DNA of 58,335 nt from NCBI GenBank assembly GCA_016195715.1, contig JACPZA010000031.1:1-58335 (forward strand), read 5' to 3'. Positions 1 through 9,946 of the stretch are shown here, one piece after another. A program made the translations under genes and the position numbers. Below the pieces are notes generated by a model. The model saw only the letters and a list, made by a program, of their open reading frames with translations, made no database searches and was not told where the DNA came from. The number at the start of each line of letters is the position of its first letter. Within the stretch, counting starts at the first letter, position 1. The stretch comes from Candidatus Daviesbacteria bacterium (lineage in GTDB: Bacteria; Patescibacteriota; Microgenomatia; Daviesbacterales; UBA10151).

Positions 1-720
1 ACTATTTATGCAATTTTAAAAATCATCAATACCAGAGAAAAAAATATCGCTACCATTGAAGATCCAGTTGAGTATGAAGTTGAGGGTATTAATCAGATTC
101 AAGTTAACCCCAAAACTAACCTAACGTTTGCAGATGGTTTGCGTTCAATTTTAAGACAAGATCCAGATGTAATTTTTGTTGGAGAGATTAGGGATGAAGA
201 AACAGCAGATATAGCTATTAATTCTGCAATGACTGGCCATCTAGTTTTATCAACACTACATACAAATGATGCAGCAACCGCTTTGCCAAGATTAATTGAT
301 ATGAAAGTTGAGCCTTTTTTAGTTGCCTCTACAGTTAATGTAATTATCGCGCAGAGGTTAGTCAGAAAAATTTGTGATAAATGTAAAGTTTCGCAAATAA
401 TTTCTAGGGTTGATTTAGCCAAACATATCAGTGATAGCTTAATTAAAAAATATTTAGGAGGAAAAAAAGAAATCAGAGCTTATCATGGAAAAGGTTGTTC
501 AGTTTGCCATCTCAGCGGTTACGTTGGTCGAGTTGGAATCTTTGAGATTTTAGAAATGAGCCCAAAAATAAAACAACTAATTACCGGAAAAGCGGATGCA
601 GATGTAATTAAAAATATGGCTATAAAAGAAGGTATGTTAACTATGCTAGAAGATGGTTTAGAAAAAGTTATTAATGGGGTAACTACTTTAGATGAGATTT
701 TAAGAGTCACCAAAAGTTAA
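1..720 (+). CDS. pilB: Type IV pilus/T2SS assembly ATPase (PilB/GspE), 5'-truncated by the window
   Basis: Frame open from base 1 (TIYAILK...TIEDPVEY); [15 protein letters not shown] Walker [13 protein letters not shown] His box, CxxC...CxxC, GRVGIFE. Confidence 0.93.
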   Translation, partial: TIYAILKIINTREKNIATIEDPVEYEVEGINQIQVNPKTNLTFADGLRSILRQDPDVIFVGEIRDEETADIAINSAMTGHLVLSTLHTNDAATALPRLIDMKVEPFLVASTVNVIIAQRLVRKICDKCKVSQIISRVDLAKHISDSLIKKYLGGKKEIRAYHGKGCSVCHLSGYVGRVGIFEILEMSPKIKQLITGKADADVIKNMAIKEGMLTMLEDGLEKVINGVTTLDEILRVTKS

Positions 721-733
721 AATATATTTAAAA

Positions 734-1810
734 ATGAATTTAAATGCCCAAGTTCAAATTTTTAATAGAGTTACACTTCTAGATAAATTGCTTTTTACCA
801 AGCACTTAAGCTTAATGATTAAAAGTGGTATCCCTTTATCTGAGGCGGTTACCACAATTAAAGACCAAACAGAAAAAACTGTTTTTAAAAAAGTTTTGGA
901 TGGGGTTTTAAAACAGCTTCTAAACGGGCAATCTTTGGAAAAATCACTGGAAAAATTTCCTAAAGTATTTGATCCATTATATTTAAGTTTAATTAGAGTA
1001 GGTGAGGAGTCAGGGGAATTAGAAAAAAATTTAGATTATTTAAGCTTACAGCTTAAAAAAGATTATGAATTTAGAAAAAAAATTCAGGGAGCAATGCTTT
1101 ATCCAGCTATAGTTTTTAGTGCAACTGCAATAGTTGGGTTTAGCGTGAGCTTTTTTTTACTACCTCAACTGGCAACGCTTTTTGAATCCCTTGGTTCACA
1201 TTTACCGCTTTCTACTAGAATTTTACTATTTATTGCCAACACTATGAAGAGCGATGGAATTTTTATTGCAATCATTATTGCTGGTTTAACCATAGGCTTT
1301 AAAGTTTTAATTGAAACTTCAACATTCAAACCGATCTGGCATAAACTACTTTTAAAAATTCCAATTTTTGGACCATTTTTACAAAATGTTCAACTTGCAG
1401 AGTTTTGTCGTAATTTAGGAACGATGTTAAAAAGCGGGCTACCAATTAATCAAGCCTTAGATATTGAATATGATGCCACTACTAATTTAGTTTTTAAAGA
1501 ATATATTAATAAAATAAAAACTTCAGTTTCTAAGGGTCAATTTATCGAGGCTATTTTAGAAACCACAAAATATAAATATATTCCCCCTATTGTTGCCAAA
1601 ATGGTGGGAGTTGGTGAAAAAAGTGGCAAGTTGGATGAGACTTTGCTTTATTTAGGAGATTTTTTTGAAGAAGAAGTTGATGACACTACTAAAAATTTAT
1701 CGAGTATTTTAGAGCCAATTTTACTTTTAGTAATTGGTTTGGCTGTAGCTTTTGTAGCTATGGCTATAATCTCTCCAATTTATGATTTAACAAATAGTAT
1801 TAAAAGGTAG
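734..1810 (+). CDS. pilC: Type IV pilus platform protein (PilC/GspF)
   Basis: Two T2SSF repeats (SGIPL...GEESGEL; SGLPI...GEKSGKL), YPAIV and LEPILL motifs; follows pilB. Confidence 0.93.
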   Translation: MNLNAQVQIFNRVTLLDKLLFTKHLSLMIKSGIPLSEAVTTIKDQTEKTVFKKVLDGVLKQLLNGQSLEKSLEKFPKVFDPLYLSLIRVGEESGELEKNLDYLSLQLKKDYEFRKKIQGAMLYPAIVFSATAIVGFSVSFFLLPQLATLFESLGSHLPLSTRILLFIANTMKSDGIFIAIIIAGLTIGFKVLIETSTFKPIWHKLLLKIPIFGPFLQNVQLAEFCRNLGTMLKSGLPINQALDIEYDATTNLVFKEYINKIKTSVSKGQFIEAILETTKYKYIPPIVAKMVGVGEKSGKLDETLLYLGDFFEEEVDDTTKNLSSILEPILLLVIGLAVAFVAMAIISPIYDLTNSIKR

Positions 1811-1811
1811 T

Positions 1812-2261
1812 ATGCAAAAAGGATTTACCTTAATTGAGCTTCTTTTGGTAATTGCAATAATGAGCTTAATCTCAGCTTTATCGGTTGCTTTTTATGCTCG
1901 GTTTATCACTCAAAATGCCGTAGCTAATGCTCAAGATCAGCTAGTAGGAGATTTTAGAAAAGCTCAAATTTATGCTATGGAGGGTAAATTAAATAGCAAT
2001 TGGGGAGTCAATTTTACCTCTAATACTATAGTTTTATACCAAGGTAGTTCTTATGTTGGGAGGACTGCAGCTTTAGATGAGAATTTTTCTGTTAATTCTA
2101 ATATCTCCATGACCAACATGGGTGATATTAATTATGCTAGGGTTACTGGTATCCCAACTAACGGTGGGGCAGCTATCACCACATTAACAATCACCATTTC
2201 TGGCCCAAATAATATTTCGAAAACAGTAACTATCATTTCTCAAGGTACTGTCAGTAAATAG
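1812..2261 (+). CDS. Type IV minor prepilin (FimT/GspH-like)
   Basis: KG|FTLIELLLV class III signal with Glu5. Confidence 0.88.
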   Translation: MQKGFTLIELLLVIAIMSLISALSVAFYARFITQNAVANAQDQLVGDFRKAQIYAMEGKLNSNWGVNFTSNTIVLYQGSSYVGRTAALDENFSVNSNISMTNMGDINYARVTGIPTNGGAAITTLTITISGPNNISKTVTIISQGTVSK

Positions 2262-2262
2262 A

Positions 2263-4119
2263 ATGCCAAATTTTAAACATCAAATATTAAAAAGAATTAA
2301 AAATTACTTACACAGCCAGACGGGTTTTTCAGTGCTTGAGATAGTGCTAGCTGCAGCTGTGTTTGTTTATTTTGGATCAGCCGCAGCTGTAGTAGTTTTG
2401 CAAGGCTTAAATACAAACAGGCTTGGTAATGAACAAACTATTGCTACTCAGTATGCTACAGAAGGAATAGAAATTGCTAGATCAATAAAAAATAAATCTT
2501 TTGCAACTCTTGCATCTGCTCCTGTTGGAAACAATGGGGTAGTATTTAGTGGAGGAGTTTGGACTTTTTCTGGAACTAGTAATACCTTAGCTTCAGATTC
2601 TCGCTTTGTCAGAACAATTGTTGTCACGGCTGTCCAGCGAGATTCCGGTGGAAATGTTGTTTCATCTGGAGGAACTGATGATGCGAATACCAAGAAAGTT
2701 ACATCTACAGTTTCTTGGAATTTTAATTCTGCCAGAGCGGACTCAGTTATTTTATCAGAGTATTTTACTAACTGGAAATCTCAAAAAGGTGGAATGATCG
2801 TTTATGGTGATGGGGGAACTACAACTGATGCAGTTAAATACCGAATCTTTGATGCTTCAGCTAATACTTGGGGGACTGCAACTGCAGCTTTTGATGTAGA
2901 TGGAGCAACCACTAATAAAGCTTTGCGGGCAATTCGGATGTATTCTTCCAAGACCAGAAATGAAAAAATCGCTCTAACTCGTCATTATAATGGAACAGCC
3001 CAATTTATTTATGCTACGGTTTGGAATGGTACTTCTTGGGGTACTCCCACCCAACTTTCAACCTGGACAGCTACTACATTTTTGGATGTTTTGAATTTTG
3101 ATGGCACTTACTTAAATGATGGAACATTTATGGTAATTTACTCTGATAATACAGTCATCCCTAAGTATAGAATCTGGAACGGTTCAACATGGGCAGCACA
3201 AGCATCTTTAACTACTTTAGGTACCAGCCAAATCCCCAATTATATTGTTGCCCAAGCTCGCTCAGCTACAAACGAAGTTATGGCGGCTTTTTTTACTCAA
3301 GGGTCTTCAGCAACAGCTGCTAATACAATTACTCAGTATTGGAGTGGCTCGGCTTGGTCTGCCATCACTACCCACTCGGCCGTTTCTATCACCAATACCA
3401 AACGCTATGTTGATTTTGAGTGGAGTCTTAATACCCCAACAACAGGTATACTAATTTACGCTGATTCAACCACTGATAAAACTTTGGTTGCCAGAGTTTT
3501 TGTTGCTAATGGAACAGGCGGAGGAAGTTGGGGAACCGCAGTTAATGATGGAACAGCCCAGACAAACAATTTAGGGGCGATGAATATTGAGCCTAGGCCA
3601 GGAGCTAGCGAGTTTCATGCTTGTAATAAAGACTCAGCAGTTACACCAACTATAGTTTGCCGCAAAATCACTTTTTCAGGAAACGTTCCAACTTTTTCCG
3701 CTCCCACCAACCCGATTATCGCCTCAGCTACAGATACAGGTATTCAAAGAAGCTTTGATATTGATTGGGAAAGTATTTCAGGAGATCCGATGCTTGCTGT
3801 TTACTCTGATAACACCGCAGCACCAAAGTTTAAAAAATATACCGCTTCAACTAGTACTTGGGATTCAGCAGCAACTACTATTTCAACCACTGGTTTTACG
3901 CCAGGGGTGTTTAAAGCTATTAGGATTGTTCCCCAAGACCAAGGGGATGATATGATCGCTCTGATGTCAGATGCTAATTTAGATGTTTATAGCATTTTTT
4001 GGCAAGGTTCAGCTAATGCTATGTATACAACCCCTGCGTCCAAAACGATCAATCAACATGGAATTAATGGTTCAGCCACAACTGAATTTTGGTTTGATTT
4101 TACATGGGATAAATTTTAA
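2263..4119 (+). CDS. Large prepilin with C-terminal repeat domain (probable beta-propeller); candidate pilus adhesin
   Basis: TG|FSVLEIV class III signal; pilin head of about 170 aa, then repeated W(N/S)G(T/S)xW-like motifs; Ser/Thr/Gly-rich. Confidence 0.78.
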   Translation: MPNFKHQILKRIKNYLHSQTGFSVLEIVLAAAVFVYFGSAAAVVVLQGLNTNRLGNEQTIATQYATEGIEIARSIKNKSFATLASAPVGNNGVVFSGGVWTFSGTSNTLASDSRFVRTIVVTAVQRDSGGNVVSSGGTDDANTKKVTSTVSWNFNSARADSVILSEYFTNWKSQKGGMIVYGDGGTTTDAVKYRIFDASANTWGTATAAFDVDGATTNKALRAIRMYSSKTRNEKIALTRHYNGTAQFIYATVWNGTSWGTPTQLSTWTATTFLDVLNFDGTYLNDGTFMVIYSDNTVIPKYRIWNGSTWAAQASLTTLGTSQIPNYIVAQARSATNEVMAAFFTQGSSATAANTITQYWSGSAWSAITTHSAVSITNTKRYVDFEWSLNTPTTGILIYADSTTDKTLVARVFVANGTGGGSWGTAVNDGTAQTNNLGAMNIEPRPGASEFHACNKDSAVTPTIVCRKITFSGNVPTFSAPTNPIIASATDTGIQRSFDIDWESISGDPMLAVYSDNTAAPKFKKYTASTSTWDSAATTISTTGFTPGVFKAIRIVPQDQGDDMIALMSDANLDVYSIFWQGSANAMYTTPASKTINQHGINGSATTEFWFDFTWDKF

Positions 4120-4128
4120 AAATTAACA

Positions 4129-4698
4129 ATGCTAAATTATAAATTACAAATAAAAAAGCTTATTCTCAACTCTCAACTCTTAACTCTGAACTCAAAGGGT
4201 TTTACTTATATTGAGGCAATTTTATATATTGCTATTGTTACACTTATGATGAATGCTCTAGTTTCTTTTGCTTGGAATATTATCAACAACAACGCTAGAT
4301 CTAGTACCCAACAAGAAATTTCATCGCAAGGCAGGTATGTCTCTGAAAGAATATTATATGAAATTAGAAACGCTTCAGATTTAAATGCTGGTACCTCAAC
4401 TTTTGGAACAAACCCAGGGACTTTATCTTTGGCAGAAACAGTTTCTGCAAATAATCCAACAATTATTACAGTTACCTCTGGTAAAGCTACAATTAAATTA
4501 GGAGCAGCTACAGCTGTAAATTTAAACTCAAATGATACAACAGTAACAAATTTAGTTTTTACCAATAATACTTCTGCTGATAATAAAACTAAAAATATTA
4601 GCTTTACATTAACTTTACAATCAAACACTACAAGTAATAGAGCAGATTACATAGGTTCAATTACAATTCAATCAACAGGAGAAATTAGGAGTAATTAA
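4129..4698 (+). CDS. Type IV minor prepilin (PilW/GspJ-like)
   Basis: KG|FTYIEAILY class III signal. Confidence 0.85.
   Translation: MLNYKLQIKKLILNSQLLTLNSKGFTYIEAILYIAIVTLMMNALVSFAWNIINNNARSSTQQEISSQGRYVSERILYEIRNASDLNAGTSTFGTNPGTLSLAETVSANNPTIITVTSGKATIKLGAATAVNLNSNDTTVTNLVFTNNTSADNKTKNISFTLTLQSNTTSNRADYIGSITIQSTGEIRSN
4165..4192 (+). repeat. Heptamer tandem repeat in prepilin leader
   Basis: ctcaact ctcaact cttaact ctgaact. Confidence 0.7.
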
Positions 4699-5093
4699 TG
4701 TTAAATAAAAAAGGATATATTGCACTTTCTATGGTTTTAATATTAACTGCAGTTGTGATTGCTATCTCTGTAACAGTTGCACTTTTATCTATAGGTGAAG
4801 GACAATCTGCCTTAGCTTTATCAAAAGGGGAAGATGCTTTAACTTTTGCAGAAGGTTGTGCTGAGGATGCACTTTTAAAATCCAGAAATAGTACTTCTTA
4901 TAGTGGAGGAACTATTGGAAGACCTGGAACTGAAGGGACCTGCAGCGTGACTGTTTCTAAAGCTGGAAGTACATGGACAATTACTTCAACAACAAATGCT
5001 GCCTCCCCAGCTTACAAAAGAACTATCCAAAATACAGTTACTCAAAATGGTTATGGTGTCACAATTAATGCAGGTGGTTGGAAAGAGCAATAG
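4698..5093 (+). CDS. PilX/GspK-like minor pilin
   Basis: KG|YIALSMVL signal lacking Glu5; A..FAEGCAEDAL helix typical of PilX-like proteins. Confidence 0.78.
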   Translation: MLNKKGYIALSMVLILTAVVIAISVTVALLSIGEGQSALALSKGEDALTFAEGCAEDALLKSRNSTSYSGGTIGRPGTEGTCSVTVSKAGSTWTITSTTNAASPAYKRTIQNTVTQNGYGVTINAGGWKEQ

Positions 5094-6831
5094 ATTAAAA
5101 ATATTAATACTTATTATTATAGGTTTTTTAACCTATCTAAACTCTTTTCACAATTTATTTGTTTGGGATGATAGTCACTTTATAATTCAAAATATATTTG
5201 TTCATTCTTTAAGTTATATCCCACAAATTTTTACCTCTAATACTATAGCCGGCGCAGGCGCGACCAGTGATTATTATAGACCCCTGACGAGTTTATCTTT
5301 TGCAATTGACTATCATTTTTGGGGTAATAATGTTTTAGGCTATCACCTAACTAATACCTTTTTACATATAGCTTCTGGGATAATTTTGTTTTTGTTTTTG
5401 CTGAGAATAAAATTTAATAAAACTCTAAGCTTTTGGGTCTCAGCTATTTTTTTAGTCCATCCAGTCCAAACTGAAGCCGTTACTTATTTAAGTTCAAGAG
5501 GAGATTCGTTCTATTCGCTGCTTTTTTTAATTTCTTTATATTTATTTTCCAGCACAATTTACCTTCGAAAAACTACCATTCCTAAAATAGCTTTACTTTT
5601 TTTATCAATACTTTCTTTTGGTTTAAGCATTATAGCTAAAGAAACAGCTTTGGCGCTAACTCCAATTTATATTGGTGTTTTGTTTTTATATAAACTCCAA
5701 AATAATTTATCCCTTACATCCCTTCATCAAAAATATAGGAATCAAATTATTACCATCATGTTTATTTTTTTGCTTACCATAATTTATGTCATCATCCGAA
5801 TCAATTATTTATCATTCCATAATTTTTTCAACTTCACTGGTTTTGATGATATTTATACCCGCAGTTTGTTAGTCAGGTTTTATACTTTTTGTAAAGTTTT
5901 TTTTACTTATTTACAACTTTTAATTTATCCCTATCCACTTTATCTGGAAAGATCCACCACTTTTGTATTAAGTCCAATCTCACCATTTGTTGTCTCGGCA
6001 ATTTTAGTTTTTTTAATAGTTTTCTTTTTAGGGATACTTGAGATTAAGCAAAAAAAGCAAGCCTGGATTTTATTTGGATTGGTTTGGTTTGTGAGCCATA
6101 TACTACCTGCTTCCGGAATTATCCCGATAACTGGAACTCATCATGAAAATTGGCTTTATATGCCTTTGGTTGGATTTTTAATTACTACATTTTCAATTGC
6201 AAAATTTATTTTCCCAAAAGTAGTTTTGCCTAAATACAAAAAAATATTAACTTTTTTTGCGCTCGGGGTAGTAATTATTTTTATGTATATGACAATGCTT
6301 CAAAATACTAAATGGAAAGATAATATTACTTATTATGAACATAATTTAAAATTTGTTGATAGCGCCAGGGTTAATCTCAATTTAGGAAATGCTTATTTAG
6401 GTGCAAATATGGATGATAAAGCCTTAATTCATCTTAAAAAAGCTATCCAGATAAAAGATATTTATCCTCAAACCCATTACAACTTAGGAAAACTTTATCA
6501 AAAACAAGGCCAAGATGATCTAGCAGAAAAAGAGTATTTTAGTAGTTTAAGATTAGATCCAGATTTTATCTTTGCATATACTGCACTTATTAATCTTTAT
6601 TTAAAAGACCAAAAGTTTGATAGAGCTTTGCCGCTAGTGCAAACAATCCTTAAAATTTATCCTTTTGATGTGAGTATTAATTTACTACTCGCCAGTGTAG
6701 AAAATAGGTTAGGAAACACTGATTTAGCAAATCAGCAAATAGCCAAAATATCTACTTCAGATCCAAAAATTAATAATTTAATTACCCAAATCAAGCTCAA
6801 ACAAGATGATCTGACTTCTTATGTAAAGTAA
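5068..6831 (+). CDS. TMTC-like GT-C membrane glycosyltransferase with C-terminal TPRs
   Basis: FVWDD, YYRPL, GYHLTN, HPVQTEAVTYLSSR and AKET motifs, about 11 TM segments, TPR tail; start uncertain (ATG 5068 chosen over 4996). Confidence 0.82.
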   Translation: MQVVGKSNRLKILILIIIGFLTYLNSFHNLFVWDDSHFIIQNIFVHSLSYIPQIFTSNTIAGAGATSDYYRPLTSLSFAIDYHFWGNNVLGYHLTNTFLHIASGIILFLFLLRIKFNKTLSFWVSAIFLVHPVQTEAVTYLSSRGDSFYSLLFLISLYLFSSTIYLRKTTIPKIALLFLSILSFGLSIIAKETALALTPIYIGVLFLYKLQNNLSLTSLHQKYRNQIITIMFIFLLTIIYVIIRINYLSFHNFFNFTGFDDIYTRSLLVRFYTFCKVFFTYLQLLIYPYPLYLERSTTFVLSPISPFVVSAILVFLIVFFLGILEIKQKKQAWILFGLVWFVSHILPASGIIPITGTHHENWLYMPLVGFLITTFSIAKFIFPKVVLPKYKKILTFFALGVVIIFMYMTMLQNTKWKDNITYYEHNLKFVDSARVNLNLGNAYLGANMDDKALIHLKKAIQIKDIYPQTHYNLGKLYQKQGQDDLAEKEYFSSLRLDPDFIFAYTALINLYLKDQKFDRALPLVQTILKIYPFDVSINLLLASVENRLGNTDLANQQIAKISTSDPKINNLITQIKLKQDDLTSYVK

Positions 6832-6843
6832 TAAAGATCCATC

Positions 6844-6879
6844 TTGACACAAACCTAGATTTAAATTAACCTAAATTTA
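6844..6879 (+). promoter_or_regulatory. Sigma70-like promoter of the pilin gene with overlapping 12-bp direct repeat
   Basis: TTGACA(6844)-17-TAACCT(6867); aacctagattta (6852) / aacctaaattta (6868). Confidence 0.5.
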
Positions 6880-6891
6880 GAGTATTTTTTT

Positions 6892-7401
6892 ATGTTAAAA
6901 GCTGCCCAAAAGCTTTCTATTTATTTTAAAAAAGGTCGTGGTTTTACCTTAATTGAGCTTTTGGTGGTTATTTCTATAGTTATTGCTTTGGCTGTGGTGG
7001 TTTTTTCTGCTTTAAATCCTGGTCAAAGATTGAAAGACTCAAGAGATGCCAGACGAACTGCTGATGTAGATTCAATTCTAACCTCTATTCATCAATACAT
7101 AGTTGATAATAAAGGATCAAATCCAACTGGACTTTCCACTCTTGAACAACAATTAGGTACAGCAGCAAGTGCTTGTGCAATCGCGACAGGAGGTTGTAAT
7201 GTTACAGCTGCTGCATGTTTAGATTTAAGTACAGTTCTTGCAAAATATCTTAAGTCAATGCCGACGGATCCGCTAGCTGGTACTGCAGGAAAAACTAACT
7301 ATTCTGCAATCCAAGACAGTAATGGTTTAGTGACAATTAGAGCATGCGCAACTGGTACAGGCACTACAGAAGGTACTGCTAATATCTCTGCTTCAAGATA
7401 A
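6892..7401 (+). CDS. Type IV pilin, probable major pilin
   Basis: RG|FTLIELLVV, SRDARR.AD helix, YLKSMPTDP motif, four Cys; has its own promoter. Confidence 0.88.
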   Translation: MLKAAQKLSIYFKKGRGFTLIELLVVISIVIALAVVVFSALNPGQRLKDSRDARRTADVDSILTSIHQYIVDNKGSNPTGLSTLEQQLGTAASACAIATGGCNVTAAACLDLSTVLAKYLKSMPTDPLAGTAGKTNYSAIQDSNGLVTIRACATGTGTTEGTANISASR

Positions 7402-7468
7402 ATTTTAAAGTTTATCTTGAAACTACACAGTTTAAAAAGAAGTTGCTACAATTAAATAGACTATTTTT

Positions 7469-8569
7469 ATGGCAATTTTTTCATCTGAGAAAGTCATAGT
7501 TTACTTAAAAAATAAATCTATTGAATTTTATAAAGAAGGGGTCGGCGAGAAAGCTTGGTTGGAGTTTCCAGATAATATAATTTCTGACCAAGAGATTAAG
7601 GATCAATCTTCACTTGAGAAATTAATCTTTGAATTTTTAGAGAAAACTGGTTTAGAAAAACAGCAAGCTTTAATTATTTTATCTGATGAGCTTTCTTTTC
7701 AAAAGATAGTCCCAGCAACAGACAGTGAAAATGAGCAGTTTGAGGTTAAAAAGTTTTTAGAGCAGATTCCATTTGAGGCGCCAACTATTGCCACTTTGTT
7801 AGTTAGATCAGATACGCAGTTAGATATTTTTGCAGCAAATAAAAATCTTTTTTTTGGGATAAAAAATATTTTAGAGAAATATGGCTGGCAAGTAGTTGCG
7901 GTTGTGCCTTCTGCAATTTATGAAAATTTATCTAAAGATAGCTTAAAACCAGAAGAGGTAGTTAGAGCTTTAAATGATAAAAAACTTATAAAAAAGAGCA
8001 ATTTTTTAACTGAAACAAACTCAAGCCAGCTTACTATAAAGACCCCTCAAACAGCTTCTCTTTTAACTATTGTATTGGTATTCATTTTAGCTGGTATTTT
8101 AGGATTTCTAAGCTTAAAATTTAATCTTTTATCCAAGTTGCCACTTTTTAAAAGTAGTCATCAAGGCATCCCTCAAGATAAAGTACAAGAAACCTCTAGC
8201 TCGGGACAAAATAAAAATGCTTCTTCGGAATCAACCCAAAGCAGTAGCTTAAGTGCTAAGCCAAATACTAGTTTTGATAAACAGCAAGCCAAAGTCCAAA
8301 TTTTAAATGGTAGTGGAGTTTTTGGTCAGGCTACTAAGCTCAAAGATAAAATAGCTGAATTGGATTATAAAAATATCCAAACTGGCAATGCTACTAGCTC
8401 TTCTCAGCAGGAAACTACAATAACCTATACCGCTTTAGTTTCTACCCAAATTAGAGACGAATTAAATAATCTTTTAAATTCATTATTTGAAAAAGTAATA
8501 ATAAGTGAGGGAAGTTTAGATAGTTATGATATCTTGATAACCACTGGTCAATCAAAAGCCCCACTTTAA
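7469..8569 (+). CDS. Membrane protein: PilM-like N-terminal domain, TM helix, Ser-rich linker, LytR_C domain
   Basis: C-terminal VQILNGSGVFGQA...TGNA...DILITTG is LytR_C; N-terminal PilM resemblance is weaker. Confidence 0.68.
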   Translation: MAIFSSEKVIVYLKNKSIEFYKEGVGEKAWLEFPDNIISDQEIKDQSSLEKLIFEFLEKTGLEKQQALIILSDELSFQKIVPATDSENEQFEVKKFLEQIPFEAPTIATLLVRSDTQLDIFAANKNLFFGIKNILEKYGWQVVAVVPSAIYENLSKDSLKPEEVVRALNDKKLIKKSNFLTETNSSQLTIKTPQTASLLTIVLVFILAGILGFLSLKFNLLSKLPLFKSSHQGIPQDKVQETSSSGQNKNASSESTQSSSLSAKPNTSFDKQQAKVQILNGSGVFGQATKLKDKIAELDYKNIQTGNATSSSQQETTITYTALVSTQIRDELNNLLNSLFEKVIISEGSLDSYDILITTGQSKAPL

Positions 8570-8571
8570 AA

Positions 8572-9831
8572 CTATTTAACTTGTTTTGAAATAGCTTGCC
8601 ACAGTTTATCAGAGCTTCCTTCATATCCTAATGCCCAAATAGCCACTCCAGCTAGATTTTTTTGATTTACATATTCAAGTTTTTTGGCAATTGACTTTTC
8701 ATCTTCATAATAAATTTGTTTAATAGCACCACTTTGGGTGTATGAAAGCCAGGGGGAGGCTGTTTTATCATCAAAATAAAGTTTTAAATCATCTCTATTT
8801 CCTAATAGTTTTGATGTTCTATCTATTGTGGCTAAAGCACCTGTATTTTCTATAGTTGAAGCCTTATAACTATAACTTGTGGTTTGCCACTCATAACCAT
8901 AAAAAGGGATCCCTAAAACCACTTTTTCCAAAGGAACTCTACCAATTAATGAATTTACTGATTTATCAACACTATCTTCTCCTTGGCTTGAATATAAAGG
9001 AGCTATTGGCCCAGATATAGTTGAGTTTGCAGTTTTATAGTCATAAGCCATTAAGATAATTTGATCTATTACATCCCCAATTTTAACCATGTCATAGGCT
9101 TTATCAGATAAAACAGCATTTCCACTGATATCAGCTGAAATTATTAAATTTGAATTATCTTTTTTTAAACTATTTTTTAGAGTTGTAAAAAATTTATTAA
9201 AATATTTAAAAGTAGGATAATTTGAATCAGTTAAATATTCAAAATCTATATTAATGCCATCAAGTTTATAAGTTTTAATTAATTCATTAAGCTGTGTAAT
9301 AAATCTGTTGGTAGAATTTGGATTACTTACTAAATTATCAATATTTTTATTATCAAAATTTTTAATTGAAAGTAAAACTTTTGTCCCACTTTTACTAGCT
9401 TCTTTTTGTAAATCGCTAAATTCAGGAGAGTTAAAATATGTCCATTCAGCAACAGCTGCCCCTTTTTCATCAAATTTAACTAAGCTACCATCACTATTTA
9501 CTGCCAGTCCAAAATAAATTATTTGACTTAAATTTTTAGTATCTACCTTAATTTTTTTTGCTACCATCCATGATGGTAAAAATCCAATGATCTCTTTTTT
9601 AAAGCTATTGTGGGAGATTGATTGAGTTTTTTTAAGAGGAGGGTTTGTTTGGTGTAAAAATGAGTATAAATTATTTTTTTGACTAAAAAATATGGCTACT
9701 AAAACAACAATTAGAAAAAGAAATGAAGTAGCTAAAGCAGAAAGCCAGGAGTTTGGAAGTTGGCTTTGTAATCTGTTTAAAAAGCTTCTTTTAGATGGAC
9801 TAAAGGCGGGCGGTATAACCTGTTTACCCAT
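8572..9831 (-). CDS. Membrane-anchored GH18 glycoside hydrolase
   Basis: LDGINIDFEY catalytic motif, MAYDY, LGIPFYGYEW, AIWALGYE; N-terminal TM. Confidence 0.9.
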   Translation of the reverse strand: MGKQVIPPAFSPSKRSFLNRLQSQLPNSWLSALATSFLFLIVVLVAIFFSQKNNLYSFLHQTNPPLKKTQSISHNSFKKEIIGFLPSWMVAKKIKVDTKNLSQIIYFGLAVNSDGSLVKFDEKGAAVAEWTYFNSPEFSDLQKEASKSGTKVLLSIKNFDNKNIDNLVSNPNSTNRFITQLNELIKTYKLDGINIDFEYLTDSNYPTFKYFNKFFTTLKNSLKKDNSNLIISADISGNAVLSDKAYDMVKIGDVIDQIILMAYDYKTANSTISGPIAPLYSSQGEDSVDKSVNSLIGRVPLEKVVLGIPFYGYEWQTTSYSYKASTIENTGALATIDRTSKLLGNRDDLKLYFDDKTASPWLSYTQSGAIKQIYYEDEKSIAKKLEYVNQKNLAGVAIWALGYEGSSDKLWQAISKQVK

Positions 9832-9946
9832 GAATCTATTATAGCTGTACTTAAACTTTCCTACTACAGTATTTCATTCGACATTCTTACTTAATCTTCA
9901 AAAAATTTAAAAGGATTTGGAATATATATACTAAAAAGAGGAGCAA

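Noticed and set aside
1824-6960. 18-bp identity (tttaccttaattgagctt) between two pilin 5' ends
   Set aside because: Explained by the conserved FTLIEL motif and codon bias; no invertase or cassette structure
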